DNA of 64,000 nucleotides from Spirochaetia bacterium (GTDB lineage Bacteria; Spirochaetota; Spirochaetia; UBA9216): NCBI GenBank assembly GCA_965140585.1, contig OZ223270.1, positions 576,001 to 640,000 of the forward strand, read 5' to 3'. Shown piece by piece: positions 57,480 to 64,000 of this stretch (position 1 is its first letter; each line of letters starts with the position of its first letter). The notes under the pieces were generated by a model. It saw only the letters and a program-made list of their open reading frames with translations, ran no database searches and was not told where the DNA came from. The position numbers and the translations under genes were made by a program.

Positions 57480-58886
57480 ATGATGAAAGCAAGAATAACA
57501 GCGATTGCAGCTATTTTGATTATATTGGTTATTAATTTATGGGCTGAAGAACTTGATCCTGAAGAGATTTTCTCGGCAGCTCTGGAAAAAGACTTAACAA
57601 TGAAGACCCTTCTGCTTGAAAAAGAAACAGCAGCAATAAATATAGCCATTGAAGATCATAAATACGGTATGTCGTTCAGTGCCGGACTCAATGATGCAGG
57701 AACCTCAGTTGAAGCGTTGGGAAAATCCATTCCCCCGGTAATAAATATACAGCCTTTTATTGAACTAAAACTTCCGGAAACTGCAGGCACTACTATCAGG
57801 GCGGAACTGCCGGTAACCAGATCTTCAGGAGAAACAACGACAGAAGCTGCGGCCGGAATAAGCTTAGAGCAGGATCTAAACAGTTTATTTAAAATAGAGA
57901 AACAGAATACGGTAAAATTGATCAGCCGAAACCTTTCTGAGAGGGCTATGGAGCTGCGTATAAAATCAAGAAAGGCGGAGGTTGAACGTAAGGTTTTGGA
58001 GCTGATAAAATCACTTTTATCTCTTGAAAAGAGCATGATATCAAACCTGACCAGTCTCGATGAAAAAGAAACACTATTAAATAATATGCTGAATGCCGGA
58101 ATGATTGCTCAGGGTAGCAGCAGCCATCTTTCACGCCTTATGGAGATTAGAGCTCTCGAAGGTGAAACTGAAGAAGTCAGGGCAGACTATACCGTAAAAC
58201 TTTCAGAATTCGAACAATTTACGGGAATAAAGATAACCGAGGCTCCAAAGCTTCCGACAATAGACTTGCCCCAAAAAGAAATTGATGCTGTGCCTGATTC
58301 AATACGTACCTCTGAGTTGAATCTGGAGCTTCAAAAAGCCGAACTTGATGACTATACTTCCTCTGTTCCGCCGCAACTCAGTGCCAATGCGGCCGGAAGT
58401 CAGACATTTTCAGGCAACACAAAGCCCAACATTTCCGGCGGAGTAGGTGCTGTATTTGAGGACTTCTCCGTTTCATTAAGAGGAGTGTGGAATGAAAAAG
58501 ACGGGGGCAGTCTTTCCGCCGGTGTCAGTCTCGGGCTAACAGATAAATCATTAAAATCTCTGAACAGGGAAATATATAGGCATAATATCGAAGTATCGGC
58601 GCTGAACCTTGAAATGAATAGACTGTATGCGGCTGATACGATTCGAAGTATAGTCTCCGAGATTAGTCGTATTGAAACAGCCTCTAAAAACCTGAAAATC
58701 AATGCTGAGTTTATTCGTAAATACCTTGATGAAATGGAAATCAAGCATAAACACGGACACATTCGTGAGCTGGAACTTACCAAGGCTCAGGATCAGGAAA
58801 AAATTATTGAGCTTGATGCGGAAATTCTTAATATCGACAGATATCTGTTGTCAAATACGATTTACTCACAAATGGAAAAGTGGTAA
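57480..58886 (+). CDS. TolC-like outer membrane protein
   Basis: Signal peptide; alternating coiled-coil and beta-strand segments; first gene of the MFP-ABC operon. Confidence 0.7.
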   Translation: MMKARITAIAAILIILVINLWAEELDPEEIFSAALEKDLTMKTLLLEKETAAINIAIEDHKYGMSFSAGLNDAGTSVEALGKSIPPVINIQPFIELKLPETAGTTIRAELPVTRSSGETTTEAAAGISLEQDLNSLFKIEKQNTVKLISRNLSERAMELRIKSRKAEVERKVLELIKSLLSLEKSMISNLTSLDEKETLLNNMLNAGMIAQGSSSHLSRLMEIRALEGETEEVRADYTVKLSEFEQFTGIKITEAPKLPTIDLPQKEIDAVPDSIRTSELNLELQKAELDDYTSSVPPQLSANAAGSQTFSGNTKPNISGGVGAVFEDFSVSLRGVWNEKDGGSLSAGVSLGLTDKSLKSLNREIYRHNIEVSALNLEMNRLYAADTIRSIVSEISRIETASKNLKINAEFIRKYLDEMEIKHKHGHIRELELTKAQDQEKIIELDAEILNIDRYLLSNTIYSQMEKW

Positions 58887-59911
58887 GCATGGAGTATAAA
58901 ATGAGAAAAAATAATGTTAAATCTTTAATAATCATCGCGGCAGTTATTTTCCCAACGGTTCTCCTGGTAGGTTGTAGCAAATTGCCCTTTGGAAAAAAAG
59001 AGCAGGCGGTAGGCAGTTTCCAGAGTTCGACCGTAACTGTGGAAAAAATGGTGATTCAGGAAAGTGTTACAGTTTCTGGAAATATTCAACCCATGCAGGT
59101 CCGCGAACTTGGATTCAGCTCCGACGGGAAAATCACCGAGGTGTCTGTGGCTGAGGGCGATTATGTTACAGAAGGCACATTGCTGGCAAAGATAGATGCT
59201 AGTTCCGATGTTTATAATATTGAAGAAATGGAATATGAGCTTGAAGAAATGCGGTTTTTAGAATCACCCCGGAAGATTGCTTTAAAAGAAAAAAATCTCG
59301 AATCGTTAAAAGAGACACTTAAAAACAAAATTATTACAGCACCGTTTGACGGTGTCGTCGTTGAAATAAAGCATGAAGAAGGCGAGATAAATATTGCAGG
59401 CAGTGATGGCTATCTTATTAAGATTATCGATGACAGCAGCCTTAAGGCGGAGGTTGTTGTAGATGAACTGGATATTGCCAGAATTGAGGTGGGTCAAAAG
59501 GCAATTTTCAGTTTTGATGCCATTTCCGGGGAGACTTTTATAGGCAGAGTAGCCAAAATTGCTCATATCGGTCGTCTTAATGAAAACGGACTTCCTGTTA
59601 TCGATGTAGAGCTGATTATCGATGATCCTGATCCAAGAGTTCTCATACCATACTCATTCAAGGTCGAGATTTTAACGACCGCTCCTGCAGAGTATCTTAC
59701 CGTGCCTGAACAGGCCGTTATATGGGAAGACGATAAAACTTTTGTGAATATAATGAATAAAGACAGCGGACAGCCCCCGATCAAACGTGAGGTAAAGATC
59801 AGAGAATGGACAGACGGAAAAACAATCGTTCTTGAGGGAGTTAACGAGGGAGATTCGGTGATGATGAACACAATGAACGGCAACCTGGAAGGAGGGCTGC
59901 TTTGGATGTAG
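58880..59911 (+). CDS. MacA-like periplasmic adaptor
   Basis: Lipobox-like LVG|C; VAEGDYV, ITAPFDGVV, VDELDIARIEVGQ. Confidence 0.9.
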   Translation: MVSMEYKMRKNNVKSLIIIAAVIFPTVLLVGCSKLPFGKKEQAVGSFQSSTVTVEKMVIQESVTVSGNIQPMQVRELGFSSDGKITEVSVAEGDYVTEGTLLAKIDASSDVYNIEEMEYELEEMRFLESPRKIALKEKNLESLKETLKNKIITAPFDGVVVEIKHEEGEINIAGSDGYLIKIIDDSSLKAEVVVDELDIARIEVGQKAIFSFDAISGETFIGRVAKIAHIGRLNENGLPVIDVELIIDDPDPRVLIPYSFKVEILTTAPAEYLTVPEQAVIWEDDKTFVNIMNKDSGQPPIKREVKIREWTDGKTIVLEGVNEGDSVMMNTMNGNLEGGLLWM

Positions 59912-60609
59912 GTAATACTGGGATCCGGCTAGAGAATGTCAGAAGGGAATACCGGATGGGAGACAACATTGTTAACGCTCTCGACGGACTGTCTCTTGAG
60001 ATTGAGTCTGGTGAACTGACCTCGATAATCGGTCCGTCGGGATCCGGTAAGTCGACTTTAATGAATATCATCGGCTGTCTTGACAGGCCTACTTCAGGGC
60101 GGGTTTTACTTGACGGTGAAGACATCTCACTTATGAACGATAAACAGCTCTCAAAAATACGTAACCGAAGTATCGGCTTTGTGTTTCAGCAGTTTAATCT
60201 TCTTCCAAAGCTGTCAATTCTTGAAAATGTTGAAACCCCTCTTATGTACGCCAGGGTGAAACCCTCACTGAGGAGAAAAAGGGCTGAAGAGGCTCTAATA
60301 AAGGTTGGACTCGGTGATAGGATTTCTCATAAACCAACTGAACTGTCCGGTGGACAGAAACAGCGTGCCGCTATAGCCCGTGCAATTGTGACCGAACCGA
60401 GTCTTCTTCTGGCTGATGAGCCGACCGGGGCTCTGGATACTATTACAGGTGATGTCATAATGGAGCTGTTCCGGCAGCTGAATGAAGAGGGGCGAACAAT
60501 CATAATAGTAACTCATGATATGGAAGTAAGTGAAAAGTGCAGACGAATAATCAGGGTTCGTGATGGACGGCTGGAAGATGTGGAGGCAGCATGTTTGGGG
60601 AAAATATAA
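59902..60609 (+). CDS. MacB/LolD-type ABC transporter ATP-binding protein
   Basis: [39 protein letters not shown]. Confidence 0.95.
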   Translation: MDVGNTGIRLENVRREYRMGDNIVNALDGLSLEIESGELTSIIGPSGSGKSTLMNIIGCLDRPTSGRVLLDGEDISLMNDKQLSKIRNRSIGFVFQQFNLLPKLSILENVETPLMYARVKPSLRRKRAEEALIKVGLGDRISHKPTELSGGQKQRAAIARAIVTEPSLLLADEPTGALDTITGDVIMELFRQLNEEGRTIIIVTHDMEVSEKCRRIIRVRDGRLEDVEAACLGKI

Positions 60610-61781
60610 AACTTGCACTTAAAAATTTCATTACGAACAAGATGCGCACCCTGCTGTCGCTTCTCGGAATAATGATTGGGGTATCATCCGTTATTCTGAT
60701 AACCACCCTGGGGAATAGTGCAACGTCGAATATAAAGGATGAGATTGCCAGCGGCGGTATGGATTTAATTATGATATACGGCGGATGGGGAAACGCCCGG
60801 AGCAGGGCGGTGTTTCATCCGGGCCTTGGAGAAGAGCTTACAGAAACTATCCCCGGAGTAATTGACTCCACGCCCAATTTTTCCAGCGGTGCTTTGGTAA
60901 AGAGCAGGCACAAGACAGCATCCTTCGGTCTTGGTTGTATATCTCCTTCCTATCAGAATGTATTTAATATTGAGATGGTCGCAGGCAGGTTCATTACACG
61001 GTCAGACTCTGTAAATAAATATCCGGGAGTTGTTCTGGGGAATAAAACAGCCCGTACTCTTTTTCCGGCCGGCGGTTCGGTGGGCAGTCCTCTGAAATTG
61101 ATAATCGGAAACACTGCATATCAGTTTACGGTGTTAGGCGTTATGGGAAAAAAGGATTCCAATATGGGTGCTGATTTTGATAATGTAATTCTGATGGATC
61201 TTAACTATTACAGAAGTAGAATAGCAAGGGTTGATACGGTTGATTCGTTTTTTCTCAAGGCAGCTGATCCGGAGGCTGCGGCGCAGGTAAAATTAGAAGT
61301 TGAAGAATATCTTGCCTCAAAGACCTCGGAAAGAGACGCCTTCTGGGTCGAATCTCCATCATCTATTTCGGATATGTTTAATAAAGTAACCGGAACGCTT
61401 AATCTTGTACTTGCCTGCATTGCCGGGATATCCCTGCTTGTCGGTGGTATCGGTATTATGAACATTATGCTTGTTTCAGTAACTGAGCGAACCCGGGAAA
61501 TTGGTATACGAAAAGCCATGGGGGCACCTTCGGGAGCAATAAGAGGGCAGTTTCTAACTGAATCTGTAGTACTTACCTTAATTGGCGGTGTGCTTGGTGT
61601 TCTTTTTGGAACAGGAATAGGCAGAATTGCTACGAACATTATGTCATGGAGTTTTTCCCCCGTACCTACAGCTTACGCACTGGCTATAGGATTCTCGGCA
61701 GTAATCGGAATATTTTTCGGATTATATCCGGCGGTACGCGCTTCAAAACTTGATCCTATTCAGGCATTAAACCGAGAGTAA
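60591..61781 (+). CDS. MacB/FtsX-type ABC permease
   Basis: NKMRTLLSLLGIMIGV; GGIGIMNIMLVSVTERTREIGIRKAMGA; YPAVRASKLDPIQAL. Confidence 0.95.
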   Translation: MFGENIKLALKNFITNKMRTLLSLLGIMIGVSSVILITTLGNSATSNIKDEIASGGMDLIMIYGGWGNARSRAVFHPGLGEELTETIPGVIDSTPNFSSGALVKSRHKTASFGLGCISPSYQNVFNIEMVAGRFITRSDSVNKYPGVVLGNKTARTLFPAGGSVGSPLKLIIGNTAYQFTVLGVMGKKDSNMGADFDNVILMDLNYYRSRIARVDTVDSFFLKAADPEAAAQVKLEVEEYLASKTSERDAFWVESPSSISDMFNKVTGTLNLVLACIAGISLLVGGIGIMNIMLVSVTERTREIGIRKAMGAPSGAIRGQFLTESVVLTLIGGVLGVLFGTGIGRIATNIMSWSFSPVPTAYALAIGFSAVIGIFFGLYPAVRASKLDPIQALNRE

Positions 61782-61950
61782 TCGTTTGGTTGAATCGACG
61801 CTGCCCGTCCTATAGTTAAATCTACTTTATAAAGAATCCCATGCGATCTTAAGAATTTTGGTCATGATCTATTCGGTTGAATAATCTTGTTGACGGTCAT
61901 TCTTCTTGATCTTTGATTGAACTATAGGCCGGGCGTTGATGCGCTTCTGA

Positions 61951-63030
61951 CTATCGTTTTACCCGTGCGTTTCCTTCCCAGATACTCCATATCTGATCTT
62001 CATCTAGTGGCTGGATATAGTCGTTGAGCATTGTGGTAGCCAGTGCACCGCTGGCCCAACCGAAGCTTATCCACTTTTCAGCATCCCAGCCCCGAAGGAT
62101 TCCATAAAGCATTCCACCGACGAACCCGTCACCGCCGCCGATACGATCAAGGACGGTGATCTGCCGCGGTTCGGCGACATGCCACTGGTCATCGGCAAAA
62201 AGCAATGCTCCCCAGAGGTGATTGTTTGTGTCTTGTACCTGTCTAAGGGTGTTGGCGAATACTGAAGTCTTCGGAAACCTCTGCTTAGTCTTTCTAATCA
62301 TCGTTTTAAAATTATCAATTTTTGAAATAAGGTCTCTACCCCCCTCTTCTGGCCCCTCTATTCCAAGGCAGAGTTGGAAATCTTCCTCATTCCCGACTAA
62401 TATATCTGCCTCCCCGGCAATTTCAGCAAAAATTTCCCTGAGTTCGGTTTCCCTATTAATCCAGAAGGAAGCCCGATGGTTCAGGTCGAAAGAGATGGCC
62501 GTACCGTAATTTTGGGCAGCCCGGGCAATTTCAAGACAGAATCGGCCTGTATCAGGGGAGAGCGCGGCGATAAGACCTGAGATATGTACGAGCTGAACTC
62601 CCTCCCGGTTAAAGATTCTTTCAAGATCGAAGTCTTTTACATTTAAGATTCGCCCCACTTCTCCTGCCCGATCATTGTGTACCCGTGGTCCTCTTGAGCC
62701 ATAACCGGAATCAGCAATGTTGAACTGGTGACGATATCCCCATGGGCCGCCCTGTTCAACATCAGGACCTTCGTAATCCATATGGCGGGAGGCCAGGTTG
62801 TCCTTAATAATGCATGCAATCGGGCTTCCTGCTACGAAATTGGTGAGGACTTTAACCGGTAAACCCAGGTGGGAAATTACGCTGGCGGCGTTGGTTTCAG
62901 CGCTTGTAACAGTCAGCTTAAAAGTATCGCTGGCGTGGATGGGCTGTCCCGCAGGGGGGGTAAGTCTGACGCCCATACTGGTTGGGATCAGCAGTGAGTA
63001 TGCACAATTCTCTTTCAATTTTATAGGCAT
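61951..63030 (-). CDS. PfkB-family sugar kinase (2-keto-3-deoxygluconate kinase-like)
   Basis: SFDLNHRASFW, GNEEDF, VLDRIGGGDGF. Confidence 0.85.
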   Translation of the reverse strand: MPIKLKENCAYSLLIPTSMGVRLTPPAGQPIHASDTFKLTVTSAETNAASVISHLGLPVKVLTNFVAGSPIACIIKDNLASRHMDYEGPDVEQGGPWGYRHQFNIADSGYGSRGPRVHNDRAGEVGRILNVKDFDLERIFNREGVQLVHISGLIAALSPDTGRFCLEIARAAQNYGTAISFDLNHRASFWINRETELREIFAEIAGEADILVGNEEDFQLCLGIEGPEEGGRDLISKIDNFKTMIRKTKQRFPKTSVFANTLRQVQDTNNHLWGALLFADDQWHVAEPRQITVLDRIGGGDGFVGGMLYGILRGWDAEKWISFGWASGALATTMLNDYIQPLDEDQIWSIWEGNARVKR

Positions 63031-63145
63031 GTTCTGCTCCTGTATAATACGGTATTCACCGTAAGATTAGAGCTGCAAAGCAGCTTTAACGAGAGGGGGT
63101 ATAATTTGCATCCTCCTCTCCTTGTTTATTCTTAGACTGAATAAC

Positions 63146-63898
63146 CTAAACGGTTATTACTTCAATGCCGAGTTCTTGAAACTCTTCAACCATGGAAAAG
63201 GCCGAATCGGTGATAAGCACGTCGACGAGATCGGCTTTGGCGAATTTTGAGAATCCGCTTGCGTTAAGCTTGCTTGAATCCGCAAGAATTACTTTTCGCT
63301 TTGCAGCTTTCAGCATTATCTGCTTGCTCCGTCCCTCAAAGGTGTTCTGGGTTAGGAACTCTCCATCTGCGGTAAATGCACGGGCTCCAATGAAAGCAAT
63401 ATCGAATTGAAGCTGTCCCAGAGCATCCTCCGTCAGAGGGCCGATAAAAGAACCCCCTTCCTGTCTGAACTTTCCTCCCAGTGTAGTTAGAGATACGTCG
63501 CGGGAATCAGCCAGGACTTTCATGATCTCCAGATTATTGGTTATAACGTTAATTTGAAAGTTATAAATTTTCCTGGCCAGAAATAGATTTGTTGAGCCTG
63601 CGTCAATACAGACTGAATCACCCTCCCTGATTAATTCTGCCGCTTTGGCTGCAATATGATCCTTCTCTTCTGATCGAGCCTCCAATCTGCTGGAAACGCT
63701 GGGGATGGATCTTACATCCTGAACCAGCCGGGCACTGCCGTGAGACCTGAGAATGAGTCCGTATTCTTCCAGTTGCGACAGATCTTTTCTGATAGTTACA
63801 TTGGATACACCGAGTCGTTCTGTCAATTCGGTTACCGACACCTGTCGCAGATTTTGAAGAAGACTCAGTATCTTATCTTGTCTGGGATTCTGTGCCAC
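63146..63898 (-). CDS. DeoR/GlpR-family regulator
   Basis: VSNVTIRKDL...RSHG; IDAGST, VITNN, LADSSK. Confidence 0.93.
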   Translation of the reverse strand: MAQNPRQDKILSLLQNLRQVSVTELTERLGVSNVTIRKDLSQLEEYGLILRSHGSARLVQDVRSIPSVSSRLEARSEEKDHIAAKAAELIREGDSVCIDAGSTNLFLARKIYNFQINVITNNLEIMKVLADSRDVSLTTLGGKFRQEGGSFIGPLTEDALGQLQFDIAFIGARAFTADGEFLTQNTFEGRSKQIMLKAAKRKVILADSSKLNASGFSKFAKADLVDVLITDSAFSMVEEFQELGIEVITV

Positions 63899-63901
63899 TT
63901 G

Positions 63902-64000
63902 CTATACCTCGTAGGTCGAGGAAGATACATTTCCTCCTGTACCGGTCCAGTTTGTGTGATGGAATTCTCCTCTCGGGCGATCAACCCTTTCGTAGGTGTG
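63902..64000 (-). CDS. gnd: C-terminus of NADP-dependent 6-phosphogluconate dehydrogenase (partial)
   Basis: Manual translation HTYERVDRPRGEFHHTNWTGTGGNVSSSTYEV* matches the characteristic Gnd C-terminus. Confidence 0.85.
   Translation of the reverse strand, partial: HTYERVDRPRGEFHHTNWTGTGGNVSSSTYEV

Noticed and set aside
101-63410. Numerous short overlapping or antisense ORFs in the track (e.g. 8380..8826, 11750..12202, 32297..32992, 61208..61639)
   Set aside because: They are shadows of well-supported genes on the opposite strand or in another frame and carry no motifs.

Overview
This 64-kb bacterial window most resembles a free-living Spirochaetota genome (inference from receiver-PAS-HisKA_2 kinases, many lipoproteins and the GspG signal style). 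1-8.8 kb: a compact type II secretion-like operon on the - strand (short prepilin peptidase, GspD, E, F, G, L/M-like, TPR lipoprotein, three minor pseudopilins incl. a partial GspK-like gene). 8.9-22.7 kb: a divergent AT-rich operon with a 1135-aa Ig/PKD/beta-helix protein, a 3339-aa signal-peptide-bearing RHS protein (HFS and DPxG autoproteolysis motifs, C-terminal toxin-like tip) and a probable immunity gene. Two 3' fragments of tRNA-Leu(CAG) at 23.2 and 27.5 kb look like att sites of tandem islands. 23-54 kb is accessory DNA: PAP2 genes, BrnT/BrnA, an RND efflux operon with an extra lipoprotein, TetR/esterase modules, sensor kinases, pseudogenes and at least five miniature IS-derived remnants. 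55-64 kb: OmpR-type two-component system, MacAB-TolC-like exporter, KdgK-like kinase, DeoR regulator and the 3' end of gnd. The best candidate for an under-described system is the island-borne T2SS + Sec-exported RHS toxin/partner/immunity module. No database searches were run; all family calls come from motif recognition.
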